A stretch of 64,000 bases of DNA from Mizuhopecten yessoensis (lineage: Eukaryota): positions 1,666,966-1,730,965 of the forward strand of contig NW_018408880.1 of the NCBI RefSeq assembly GCF_002113885.1, given 5' to 3'. Positions 48,661 to 62,322 of this stretch are shown here, piece by piece (the stretch's first letter is position 1; each line of letters begins with the position of its first letter). Below the pieces are notes generated by a model. It saw only the letters and a list, made by a program, of their open reading frames with translations. It made no database searches and had not been told where the DNA came from. The translations under genes were made by a program, and so were the position numbers.

Positions 48661-50834
48661 CGGCCTCACTGCAGTAACGGCCCTAGTTAAAACGGCCCCA
48701 CCCTAATATATACTGTATAGTACTGCAAGTACTACAAGTGCGTAATACAAATACATAACTTGATATTATGTTAATAAAGTTACATGCGCTTTCAAGAAAT
48801 AAAGATATGTACATGTACAGATAAAAACATGATAATTGTGTTTGTGTTTTCATTGATAGTTGACCCTCCTCAGTCTCAACTACCTTTGCAATAGTACGCC
48901 ATGACGCCAACCAGACATTTGACTAAAATGATCCGGAATCCGTCCACATTTGTAAACGGGATATTAAAACGCACCTTAAAATGAAAATCGAAAGCAACTA
49001 TAACGTATAAATGAAACTGATAATGGTACACGCATGAACATATTATTGATATAAAGCACAACATTATTAAAACATATATTATAAACTAAAGTAAAAGTTC
49101 GATTTTATATTGCTCAATGGTAACGAAATGAACATTTTTAATGCACAACAATTCCGTGGTTGGCCGTTCATGGTAAAAACTTTTCTGTAAAACATGGAGA
49201 TATATCGATAAAAATAATGATAAAAAGATAGTTAATTGGTATAAAAACAACATATATATAATGAAGTACACGAGTAAAGCATTATAAAACTATTTCAAAT
49301 CTTGTAGGAAACATTTTAATCCTTAAACAGAATATTCGTCAATAATCCTCAAAATATTATTCAATATCTATATGTTATACTTCACAGAGACCAAAATTGC
49401 TTTAATGCGTCTTAATACTGTAGATTCCCGAAAGGCATACATTGTTGCGTTAATACACGAAATACTATTGCAAATTCAAAAAATATCAGTTACACTTATT
49501 CAAATACAAACACGGAACATGTAGCAATTGTTTATTTCGTGAATAAAAGTCATTATATGTATTTAGAAAACGCGAAAAAAAGAACTCGGAACAATTCAGC
49601 GATTTCCGGTAACAAACAAACCACTCGTCAATTTCGATTGCAGTAGATATGTTGGTTTTTTTTATATTTTTTATTGCCAATTCGGTATTTTTCTTAATTT
49701 CTAAAATAATTAATTGTTTGAATTAATGTAAAATGTATTGCCTCTGTAAGGATATAAATATATATTAAGATTGGTTATGTCAGAATTTGCCCTATAAAGA
49801 ATATTTCGGTTATTTTCTTATGCAATATAATACTGTCATTACATGTATCTTAATATCATTACAGTACATTCAATAATATGCATTTGCACGCCGCTTAGAT
49901 ATAAAACAGTCAACTATTAAACATGACGTGAGTTTCAAGTTCATGAAGGGTTTTCTCGTTCCTCAGCAGTATCAAGGTAGATTTTGGCACCTTTCATTAA
50001 TCACCAGTGATTATGGATTATACATTCCTTCCAACTATATGTGCTTGAATCGACTAGTCTATCCCTTTGAACAAATTTTCGGACTTGAGCAAGGCTACTT
50101 CTCGTATCAGTTGATAGCCTTGTACAAGTCCGAGATGATAACGGGGACAGGGGCTAATCGATTAAAGCCGTCAGTCACGTGCTTCGTACAAACACATCTG
50201 GTCATAAGTATTAATATAATTAATAAAGAAGTTTTCAAAAGAATACTTCTAGCTTTTACACAAACTTTCTTGATGACAAAATGATGTCTTTCTATGATTT
50301 CACACGTCTAGTAGAAACTACGATATACTAGATTTAATTTGTTGATGGTTGTTTAACTTTAACTCACAAAATCCTAAAAATATATATCATTAATAAAGAG
50401 TATATTTCGATATCATTTAATGTTCAAAGGGAGATTACTCTAATAAATTATGGATACCAAAATGTAATACTGCGAAATCACATATTTTCGTGGTGCAAAG
50501 TTTTCGCAGTTTTACCAAATTCGACCGAGGACGATTTTTTTCAGAATCTGCCATGCTAACATATGTTCACTGGCATATACATTTGATGATAAAGAATGCA
50601 CTCGGAATTCACGAAAATACACCCCAAAGAAAATTATTTATTCCGCAGAATTAACTTAAGTAGGTATCATTGTGCACTCCTCCAGTACTAATGCACAGGA
50701 TATATTAAATTCCACCAGCGAATATTTTAGAATGGAATTGGACAAACTGATTCTATCGTTCTACATGTCATAGAGGTGTTATCCCTTCTCATTTCCGACG
50801 CTTTTGTTCAGTAAGTCACGGTTTATCCGACAGA

Positions 50835-51061
50835 CTACAAGGGTTGTACCGGATTGAAGGCCTGTTGGTCCGGCGGAAGTGACGGAATCCCGTCATCGTC
50901 CTTGTCCTTGGTGCCATGTTTAAGCATGCTCGTGAACTCGACGTAATCAAACATGCCGCCAGCGATTGGGGCTCCGTGTAGGAGTTCGTCCACCATCTCC
51001 TCTGTCCACCGGTCGCCCATGGTCGTCAGGCACTCGCGCAGGTAGTCTTCGTTAATATATC
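50835..51061 (-). CDS. Myosin RLC last coding exon
   Basis: [18 protein letters not shown]...QAFNPVQPL*. Confidence 0.92.
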
Positions 51062-52887
51062 CTATAACAGAGATCCACAAAGTGTCAGGAAAATTACAGC
51101 ACTCGAAACACCTCGGACATATAAAATCATTTGAAATATGCACCTAAGAAACTTATTCGATAAAATGTTGTTTGGATTATACGCGGTATTACAAATGGAC
51201 AATTTCCAAGCAAATCAAAAAAAAGGTTGCGAAGGGTCTTCTGACGCAATTCTGAAATAAATTGAGGTCCATGTGCAAGTTATGTATAACAGTGGTAGAA
51301 AAGTATGATTATGACAATATAAAATTCATATTTGTCATCGGGCGATAGTTCATTACAAGGATAAAAACGTTTTGAAACATTTTGTGTAGTGGAGGCCTCT
51401 CAATCCAGTGCCTATATTGCTGCTTTAAAGGCACATTATAATATTTATTTCCTTTTGCTGCACATAATACTCGAAAGAGGGTATTGCAGAATATCTAGAT
51501 AGATATTATGCAAACATGACGTCATACTCCCGTGTTTTCACTATGACGTCACAATCAACGTGAAGTGTTCTTAACATTACATCAATATGTAACAAACGTT
51601 TATTTGATGCTGTTACGCAATGGGATAACGGAATGAAAGGATACGTATAAAATATATGAATATGTAATATTGTTTATTTGTATGTGTAGGCATTTCCAGT
51701 CGGGTATCTTCGGGTTTTTCCGGCATGTGAAGTTTTGTTTTTTTCCGCAGAATTCCGGAAATTTCCGAGAATGTGCGATATATTGGTATTTCGAAAACTA
51801 ACCTGCATTTCTGTCATCGAAACAAGCAAAGGCGTTCTTAATGACTTCCTCTGGGTCGGTCCCGTTTAATTTCTCCCCGAAGAGTGTCAGAAACATGGTA
51901 AAGTTGATTGGGCCCGGGGCCTCGCTCACCATCTTATCTAGGTACTCATTGGAGGGATCCTTCCCTAGTGACGTCATCAGGTCAAGAAGGTCATCCTTGT
52001 CGATGTAACCGTCTCGGTTTTGGTCAATCATGTTAAAGGCTTCCTGGCAAATGACAACTTGAAAACTTACCAAGTGAACATAAAATTACATTTAATCGAG
52101 ATTCAGCATACGCGGGAAATGTTTTCTACATAATGACTTGTAGTATACTCGGTTGTATCCCTTTATTTTACAAACATATAAAGATCCAGTTAATTTATCA
52201 CATAGCTGCTGAATCTTGTTATAGTAATACAAGCAATTTTCAGACCATGAAATACAACGTTGTCTTTACTTACTAGCCGTAACTCCTTTTTATGGGAATC
52301 CCCTTGCCATGGCGAACTGAAAACTTCCCGGTATTTGCAAAAATTATCAAAGTTTATAAAATCTTTATATCGATCTCTACCAAATACGGAAGTTATGTGA
52401 TAAAAGCAAGACCACACACTTGTGTTTTTCAAACGAATCAGAAAGCACGAGTTTATTGCGCGGACGAATATATATATTCACGAGTGCGCTGAGTGTGGTC
52501 TTGCATATTTATATCACCTGTCTGATCAGAATAACACAATTGATCGTTTATTTTATTTGCAAAATATTTGATCAATTTTGATAATTTATGCCTTTTTCTG
52601 CGTTTGTTGGAAAATTGATAAATATCAGAAATTTTCTCAAAATGTGTTTTAATTGGGATCTAACAAATGAAGGGAGATAACTAATGAATTCACTGCAAGG
52701 CCTCGTACTTTACGTGTTCAAATATAACATGGATATATCAGAAACCGTCTGACCTCATACTTTGGCCTTGACCCTGAGTACTGACCTTGAACTCTTGTAT
52801 TTGTGCCTGGTTAAACATGGCGAACACATTTGATGTGTATCTCTGGGTCCGAGACCGGTGCTTCTTCTTGGATTTCATCGACGACAT
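50835..52887 (-). CDS. Myosin regulatory light chain, non-muscle/smooth type (sqh/MYL9/MYL12-like), 3 coding exons, 189 aa
   Basis: join(52887-52786, 52043-51803, 51061-50835). [73 protein letters not shown]. Confidence 0.93.
51803..52043 (-). CDS. Myosin RLC second coding exon
   Basis: [12 protein letters not shown]...[11 protein letters not shown]|gttagt. Confidence 0.93.
52190..52508 (-). mobile_element. Dispersed repeat also present at ~15978-16300 and ~20525-20825
   Basis: Shared body (tttggtagagatcgat.aaagattttataaact...gccatggcaagggga.tcccataaaaa) and a gcaagaccacacac inverted repeat. Confidence 0.8.
52786..52887 (-). CDS. Myosin RLC first coding exon
   Basis: [34 protein letters not shown]|gtcagt. 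A splice acceptor ttttccacag lies just upstream at ~52911. Confidence 0.9.
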
Positions 52888-52972
52888 TTTGTCTTCTTAA
52901 GATGAATAGACTGTGGAAAACCCCAAAATACAACAACTTTAATATAAATGGATATTTTGAAAGATATTTAAA

Positions 52973-53435
52973 TCACGGACCAGGCACATTGTAAATAGAT
53001 ACATGGGAACTTGATTCACGGACCAGACACATTGTAAATAGATACATGGGTACTTGAATCACAGACCAGACACATTGTAACTAGATATTCACGGACCAGA
53101 CAAATTGTAAATAGATACATGGGTACTTGATTCACGGACCAGACACATCGTAACTAGATACATGGGTACTTGAATCACGGACCACACACATTGTAACTAG
53201 ACATTCACGGACCAGACACATTGTAACTAGATACATGGGTACTTGAATCACGGACCAGACACATTGTAAATATATACATGGGGACTTGAATCACGGACCA
53301 GACACATTGTAACTAGACATTCACGGACCAGACACATTGTAACTAGATACATGGGTACTTGAATCACGGACCAGACACATTGTAAATAGATACATGGGCA
53401 CTTGAATCACAGACCAGACACATTGTAACTAGATA
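52973..53435. repeat. 43-bp tandem repeat with interspersed shortened units
   Basis: tcacggaccagacacattgtaaatagatacatgggtacttgaa. Confidence 0.93.
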
Positions 53436-53979
53436 TACACCTTTTGGGGGTTTAACGTCTTCGCGACAGGTAAGGCTATAAGAAACGGTTGCCTTGGGAG
53501 ACACCGCCAGGAAAGAAGAGTAGAGAGTTAAAAAAAGAAAAAAAGAAAAATCCCATTTCATTAGGGACGGCAGATCAATTTTGTGTTCTAATGTCCTTTT
53601 TAAACAAAAGAAAATCCCTGATTCTAGGAAAGGAGTTAGGAGACAGCAGTCTTCTTTAAGTTATATGATGTATTTATTTCGTGGTCACTATAGACTTCAG
53701 GACACTGATTGCCGAAAACAATTAATGTTCGACACAAAGCAGAAAACATGGCCATTCAAAGCTTGAAACACATTGAAAAACACCCCACGATAAAAGGGGA
53801 AATGGTGGAAAAAAAGACAATTAAATATGTGCTGTTCTTGCATCCAACACAAAGACGCTTTCTGATAATGTCATACATTAAGGACTACATGTGAAAATCG
53901 AACCCAGGTCACCAATCTAGCGAGTGTAAGGCACGACAACTCTGGGACTGAGAGATTGGCTAGCCACGCGAACCGTTCA

Positions 53980-54213
53980 CAGGGATCTGATAATTTGTAA
54001 TAGCTATATTTTGACATAAGCTAAGGTGTTTAAAGTAATTTTACACATTTAAGGGTTTAGGTCAATTATCGGTAAAAATGCCACCCCAATGATGATACAT
54101 GTACAAGGTGGCATTTTTACCGAAAATTTATCTAAACCCCTAAAATGTGTAAAATTACTTTAAACACCCTAGCTTATGTCCAAATAGAGCTGCAACAAAT
54201 TATCAGGTCCCTA
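53980..54213. mobile_element. Fold-back element with ~105-bp arms
   Basis: cagggatctgataatttg...cggtaaaaatgccacc / ggtggcatttttaccg...caaattatcaggtccct. Confidence 0.85.
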
Positions 54214-54849
54214 TGGTGCCACTTGGGTTAGACGGGTGTTTTCAATGCAAGAGTTCTATTTTAGTACACTGTATCCCGTGAGAACTATAGCCAGTGGCGT
54301 GGTTTAGACAGATAATTTTGAATTATCCTCTTGTATCTGGATTTTTTCCAATTGTAGAGACAGTGATATCTTCTTTACTGTTTTTAGCTCTTGTGATTCA
54401 TATTGCAGCAAGTGCCTGTGGTCTAAACAACTGTCCCTGTCTATAAACAATTCGCCTTTCCGGTATACAGTACATTGTTACACAATGTACGACTCATAGA
54501 CAGGGTTTTTTATATTCATATGATATATGTGTTTATAACTGCCAGTTGCCACATTGAAAAGGCCACCACAATATATATAAAGTATCTTTGACATCCCGTA
54601 CGAGTTGCGTTTAATTCGGTAAAACATGTACCTGTTGGATATTTGGTTTAGCCTCAAAACTGGGAGATGCTGTTTATTACTAAACGACAAACAAATCCCG
54701 GAGCTGTTAAATATACATTGCACACTTGGAATCTCTCACGTGCCACAGACAAGAATTTTACGCCACACTATATAACGTTATCAGTAATTCACATTCAGCA
54801 GGATTCCTTCATTGTAAAATGGTATTGGTCACCCTGCATACAGAAAGAT

Positions 54850-56965
54850 AGGAACATGGGAACACTATATAACGGTATAAACCACCTCATTTATAGCAAG
54901 ATAAGAACCACGGGACACTATATAACGGTGTAAACCACCTCAAACAATAAGACACTATATAACGGTATGAGTCACGGTAAATACAGCAAGATAAGGACCA
55001 TGGTATCTAGACCGTATAACGGCATGAGTCACGATAAAAACAGCAAGAAAAGAACCACGGTTTATGCACTATATCACGGTATAAGACACGGTCAATACAG
55101 CAAGATAAGAACCACGGTATCTACACCTTATAACGGTATGAGTCACGGCAATTACAGCAAGATAAGAACCACGGTATCTACACTTTGTAACGGTATGAGT
55201 CACGATAAATACAGCAAGATACGAATCATGGTATCTACACTATATAGCGGTATGAGTTACGGTAAATACAGCAATATAAGAACCATGGTATCTACACTTT
55301 GTAAAGGTATTAGTCACGCTAAATACAGCAATATAAGACCCATAGTATCTACACTTTATAGCAATATGAGTCATGGTGAATACAGCAAGATAAGAACCAT
55401 GGTATCTACACTATATAACGGTATGAGTCACGGTAAATACAGCAAGATAAGAAGCATGGTATCTACACTATATAGCGGTATGAGTCACGGTAAATACAGC
55501 AATATAAGAACCATGGTATCTACACTTTGTAAAGGTATTAATCACGCTAAATACAGCAAGATAAGACCCATAGTATCTACACTATATAGCGGTATGAGTC
55601 ACGGTAAATACAGCAAGATGAGAACCATGGTATCTACACTATTTAACGGTATGAGTCACGGTAAATACAGCAAGATAAGAACCACAGTATCTACACTATA
55701 TAATATTATCAGTAATCCACATTCAGTTGGATTCATTCATTGTAAAATGGTATTGATCACCCTGCATACAGAAAGATAAGAACCTGGGAACACTATATAA
55801 CGGTATAAACTACCTCATTTATAGCAAGATAAGAACCTGGGAACACTATATAACGGTATAAACCACCTCATTTATAGCAAGATAAGAACCTGGGAACACT
55901 ATATAACGGTATAAACCACCTCATTTATAGCAAGATAAGAACCTGGGAACACTATATAACGGTATAAACCACCTCATTTATAGCAAGATAAGAACCTGGG
56001 AACACTATATAACGGTATAAACCACCTCATTTATAGCAAGATAAGAACCTGGGAACACTATATAACGGTATAAACCACCTCATTTATAGCAAGATAAGAA
56101 CCTGGGAACACTATATAACGGTATAAACCACCTCATTTATAGCAAGATAAGAACCTGGGAACACTATATAATGGTATGAGTCACGGTAAATGCAGCAAGA
56201 TAAGAACCAAGTTATCTACACCATATAACGGTATGAGTCGCGATAAATACAGCAAGATACATGTAAGACCTATGGTATCTACACTATACAGCGGTATAAG
56301 TCACGTTAACACAGCAAGATAACAACCACGGTATTAACACTATAAAAGGGTATTAGAGACGGTAAATACAGCAATATAAGAACCATATTATGTACACTAT
56401 ATCACGGTATTAGTCGCGGTAAATACAGCAAGATAAGAACCACGGTATATGCACTATATAACGGTATAAGTCACGATAAACACAGCAATATCATAACCAC
56501 GGTATCTACACTATATAACGGTATAAGTCAGGATAAACACAGCAATATAAGAACATCGGTATCTTCACTATATAACGGTATGAGTCACGTTAAATACAAC
56601 AATATAAGAACCATAGTATGTACACTATATAACGGTATTAGTCGCGGTAAATACAGCAAGATAAGAACCTCGGTATATGCACTATATAACGGTATTAGTC
56701 ACGTTAAATACAGCAAGATCATAACCACGGTATCTACACTATATGTATAACGTTATGAGTCACAATTAACACAGCAAGATAAGAACCTCGGTATCTACAC
56801 TATGTAACGGTATAAGTAACGGTAAATAGAGCAAGATAAGAACCATGGTATCCACACTATATAACGGTATGAGTCACGTTAAATACAGCTAGATAAGAAC
56901 CATGGTATCCACACTATATAACGGTGTGAGTCACGGTAAATACAGAAAGACAAGACCCACGGAAC
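54850..56965. repeat. 60-bp minisatellite with an embedded homogeneous 53-bp sub-array (~55775-56170)
   Basis: Units atctacactatataacggtatgagtcacggtaaatacagcaagataagaaccatggt and gataagaacctgggaacactatataacggtataaaccacctcatttatagcaa. Confidence 0.95.
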
Positions 56966-57182
56966 ATACATAATACATATATTAGTAACATTATATACAG
57001 CAAAATAAAAATCATAGAGCTTACGATTAGGAATAGTTCATCCTCCTCATATACAACAAGAAAAGAACCATTTTACACTTACTATAGTACTATATAACTC
57101 AAACAGAGCAAGATAAAAAGCCATATGACCTATGCTATATAACGGAATTAACCATCTCCAGACCTCATATACAGCAAAATAT

Positions 57183-58300
57183 GCAACTACACTATATAAC
57201 CATGGAAACCATTGAACCTACACTATAAAACCATGGAAACCATTGCAACTACACTATATAACCATGGAAACCATTGCAACTACACTATATAACCATGGAA
57301 ACCATTGCAACTACACTATATAACCATGAAAACCATTGCAACTACACTATATAACCATGGAAACCATTGCAACTACACTATATAACCATGGAAACCATTG
57401 CAACTACACTACATAACCATGGAAATCATTGCAACTACACTATATAGCCATGAAAATCATTGAACCTCCACAATATAACCATGGATAAATTTGAACCTAC
57501 ATTATATAACCCTCGAACCAATTAAACATCCAATATATAACCATGGAAACCATTTAACTTCCATTATATACATGTAACCATGAAAACCACCGAACCTACA
57601 TTATATAACCATGGAAACCATTGACCCTACATTATAAGTATTAACCATGGAAACCATTGAATCTGCATTATATAACCATGGAAAACATTCAACCTACACT
57701 ATATTACCATGGAAACCATCGAATCTACATCAATTAACCATGTAAACCACTGACCCTACATTCTAAGTATTAACCATGGAAATCTTTGAACCTACATTAT
57801 ATAACCATCGAACCAATTGAACATCCACTATATAACCATGGAAACCATTAAATCACCATTATATAACAATGGAAAACATTCAACCTAAACTATATTATCA
57901 TGCAAAACATCGAATCTACATAAAAAAAACATGGAAACCATTGAACCTACATTAACAGTATTAACCATGGAAACCATTGAATACATAATAGAACCATGGA
58001 AACCATTGAATACATTATATAACCATGGAAACCATTGAATACATTATATAACCATGGAAACCATTGAATACATTATATAACCATGCAAACCATCGAATCT
58101 ACATCAAATTACTATGGAAACCATATTGACCCTACATTATAAGTTTTAACCACGTAAACCATTAAATCTACATTATATAACCATGGAAACCATTGACTCA
58201 CCGTTATAGGAATATGGAAAACATTCGACCTACACTATATTACCATGCAAAACATCGAATCTACATCAAATAACCATGCAAACCATCGAATCTATACACT
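57183..58300. repeat. ~31-bp minisatellite
   Basis: ctacactatataaccatggaaaccattgcaa. Confidence 0.93.
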
Positions 58301-58767
58301 ATAAAAAAAAACAATGTGGTCTACACTATATAACGGCACAAGCCATTCTATACAACAGGATAAGAACCACGGGATGGGTTATTCATAAATATATGAATAA
58401 AAATATATCTAAAAATAGTTAAAATACCCATATTGTGCTGAAAATTCCAGAAGGTACACCCTTATGTTATGTAAAATTAAAGATTTTAGTATTATTGGTT
58501 TACAATTATGACTATGGGAGACACGTTTGATTGTAAGGATGAGAACCGGCTTGTTATGTTAGATCGGTGTATATGAGTGTTACTACAATGTATATCTGAC
58601 TCATACTGGAATAGTTACATACCAACTTAACATTTAAAACCTCCTGTTCTGCGAGTGTGTATACAGATATTGATAAGTACACTCAACATTCGTAACTGTA
58701 GTGTATATAGAGGGTGAGTTAATTAACACTAAAGACACATCCGATAACTCTTAATACCAAAACTCAC

Positions 58768-58960
58768 CTTTGTACGGAAAAAAGAAACTGTCCAAAATGT
58801 CTGACACAAACTCCGATTCTGACTGTACCGGAAACACGCAATTTGGATACGACGCGGAAAGGCCCGAGAAAATGTGCGATTGGCTCCAGATGCTGGTAAT
58901 TTATCTCTTTCGGTTACCATGGCGACCGGCAGGGAGGCCCTCAGGCGGGGAATTCGTATC
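58768..58960 (-). promoter_or_regulatory. Candidate promoter and non-coding first exon of the myosin RLC gene
   Basis: Strong minus-strand donor AAG|GTGAGT at 58768/58767 inside a CpG-rich patch with a CCAAT box (~58880). The RLC ATG exon has an unpaired acceptor. Confidence 0.35.
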
Positions 58961-61544
58961 TTAGGATATGTATTGATTTGGCGTTACTGCCACTGATATC
59001 ATGGTGCGTACGCGTATAGCTAGGGATGGCGGAAGCAAACATAATAAATTGTAATACATAATTTGTAATAACGTGCGGCCCATTTGATCGTTGCCATTTC
59101 TTAAAGGATAGGGGATGGCTCGTTCATTTGCATTTTCGTTCCTGCATAGTGCATGTTTTTTGTTGTTTTGTTTTTTTCTCCGACGCAGAACTGTTCAAAT
59201 GTTTCATCGAAGGAAATAAACTTTATGAATAATTTGTTATATATATTTTTTCTGGCAACTTAAAAAAAAAAGAGGAAAATACGTCTTAAATGTTTGAATG
59301 TCAAATAGACAAACCTACTATTTCTACGTGATTAAATATGGAACACTCTCAAAAATAGGATTCAACGCAAAAAGAATGTAACTTATTTTCAAGACTTGAT
59401 TTTGAATAAAGTTTGGGATGCGGCGTCTGCATATCTGGGTTACGTAATTTATGAACAACCTGATTAAAACCATGTCCTGTTATTTCTGACAGGCTTGCAT
59501 ACATTTCATCACTGAATCCTGTATCTACAAAGAAAAAAACTGTCTGAGATCAAATATAAATCAAGAAACTACATAAGTTTTAGTACAAAGGACTGGAGCA
59601 CAAGCTATTATAACTTACAAAGTCACCTTCTACCAACTTTTCAAAAACACTATAAACGTCGAACCTCTTTGAAAAGAGTTGTTTTCAAAGTTCGTTTCAC
59701 ATGACCATAGTGCCGGGGTTGTGGCGCTACCGAAAAACAAAGAAATACGAGTGGTATATTTTTTATTTAAAACTCATAAAACCAATTTCCTAACCAACGC
59801 TATTTGTTATTTCAACCTTTTATGCCAGTTCTAAACGTTCCTAAATCCACGTCCACTATAAGGTTACATTCGCGAGTAGTCTAGTCATGAATCATGTATT
59901 TTACATACCAACATTCAAAAGATGGTTTATTAAACACTTAAGAAATATTGATTCATTGTTATGATGCAAACCCTCCTCAATCCAAGATGGCGGCTTACAT
60001 AGATAAAGTGAGAAAAACGGGATCTATAGAGATGTCCTAGACTACTTTCGCGCATCCCGTTTGAAACGGTACAGGTAGCGCAGAAACGAACGCACTTGCC
60101 CCGTTCTATAAGCAGAGCTAAAAATGCCAACTTCGGAGAATAAATAACAATGTATCAAGAATAGTATGCCCTTCACTCGCGCGTCCACCGTATTACCTAA
60201 CGTATCTTAAACACTACATGTGGCTTGGCATTGTTTTAGAAAGAAATAACGCAAATTAGCTATAGGCAGCATTTTAGGCTCGGTCAGGTACATCTGGACG
60301 GTGCCGAATTTTCATGAGGGTGAGCCTCTTCTACCATCGATAATCTTAAACAAGAGCTACGGTGTAACGTCACTGTACCCAAATCGGGACAAGCTGAATA
60401 TCAAATACCATACTATCTGTTCCAAAAATGTTTTTTTCCCATTTTTCAGAAATAGATACTATCCACTTTTCCTCACATTTTTGATATTTCGGGCGCGTGG
60501 TACTATAAAAAGAACGCGAAATACATCAGAGTTATGTACATTTGTAGGCCCTTTAACCGGCGTTACTGTACCCTGAAAGGGAAACTCCCGGTACTTTGGC
60601 GAATATTTGGGGATAAACGATCAATATCGGCAGAAAATATGCATAGTTGAAATATTTTAGATTCAACGAGGGTTCTGATTAAATTTCTTCTTCAAACTAG
60701 CATTGGTTTTGTTAAAATAGACTTTTGAAAATGATATCCAAATAAATAGCGTCGCACGGCACGTAAATCAGGAAAGTCTTGTTTTGGTAATTATTCTTAC
60801 CTTTAAATTATCCATTTAACGATAATCAACAGCCAATAAAGCTTAATACAGTTTAATTGTCATGAAAAGTATTATCAAATGAAAACTGTGTACATAAAAG
60901 TACTTCTTTGCATTGAATGACAGTTTCTTGGGCTGTTTTCCCACAAGTGTCCCATTTTGGGTACAGTGACGGTACTAGCCAGGAACATTCAGAAAAGCAT
61001 CAGAAAGAGACGCTGGGGTGTGATTGGCAATGCACCAAAACCGAAATATAACCCCGTCACACGGGTTAACGTCCCCTGGATATATGAACGCAAGGAAAAG
61101 AGACTTACAGACTTGTTCTTAAATATGCTACTACCCATAGCTCCCGTGACGTCTCCAGAAGTCTCGGTCTTGGACCATTTTCTCGAACTTGCCCGGGTAA
61201 TTCTAAAGCTCCCAGTGTCGGACTCTGGTCGTAGCGCCTTCCTTTTGTCATTGTGCTTCAACTTCAATGGTCCCCTCTGCATTGCTTATGACATTTATGT
61301 TTGGGATAATTATCGTCTACAAAGTTTTAGGTCGTCAAGCTGCGTTCAATGTGCCTACCGGATTTCATACCATGTTTATGCTATTAATATTTTCGTATTT
61401 CAGTAGAAACGGCGAAGGTATTGCTGTTACACTTGTTCTCATGTTGATCGCTTTTGAGAGCTGCCCTAGCTCTGTAGATGACTCTGTCGGTCAGTCTCTC
61501 GTACGAGATACTGATGATATTGAAAATATTCATTAAAACACTCA

Positions 61545-62322
61545 TTAAGTCAAAGTAAGGTATACGTAGCATACACCCTTAAGTCAATGCAAGGTATACG
61601 TAGTATACACCATCAAGTCAAAGTAAGGTAACAAACATCCTCAAGTCAAAGTAATGTATAGGTAGTATACACCCTCAAGTCAAAGTAGGTTTACATAGCA
61701 TACATCCTCAAGTAAAAGTAAGGTATACGTAGCATACATCCTCAAGTCACTGTAAGGTATACGTAGCATACATACTTAAGTCACTGTAAAGTAGCATACA
61801 ACCTTAAGTCACTGTAGGGTAGCATACATCCTTAAGTCACTGTAAGGTAGCATACATCCTTAAGTCACTGTAGGGTAGCATACATCCTTACAATGTAGGC
61901 TACTGTAAGGTAGCATACATTCTAAAGTCACTGTAAGGTAGCATACATCCTTAAGTCACTGAAAGGTAGCATGCATCCTTAAGTCACTGTAAAGTAGCAT
62001 CATTAAGTCACTGTAAGGTAGCATACATCCTTAAGTCACTGTAAGGTAGCATACATCCTTAAGTCACTGTAAGGTAGCATACATCCTTAAGTCACTGTAA
62101 GGTAACATTCATCCTTAAGTCACTGTAAGGTAGCATACATCCTTACAATGTAGGCCACTGTAAGGTAGCATACACCAGTAAGTCACTGTAAGGTAGCATA
62201 CATCCTTAAGTCACTGTAAGGTAGCATACAACCTTAAGTCACTGTAAGGTAGCATACAACCTTAAGTCAAAGTAAGGTAACATACAACCTTAAGTCAAAG
62301 TAAGGTAGCATACAACCTTAAG
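61545..62322. repeat. 28-33-bp minisatellite
   Basis: catacatccttaagtcactgtaaggtag. Confidence 0.93.

Noticed and set aside
54967-55779. 270-aa ORF with 20-aa repeats
   Set aside because: It is an in-frame reading of a 60-bp minisatellite. Neighbouring units contain stops and indels.
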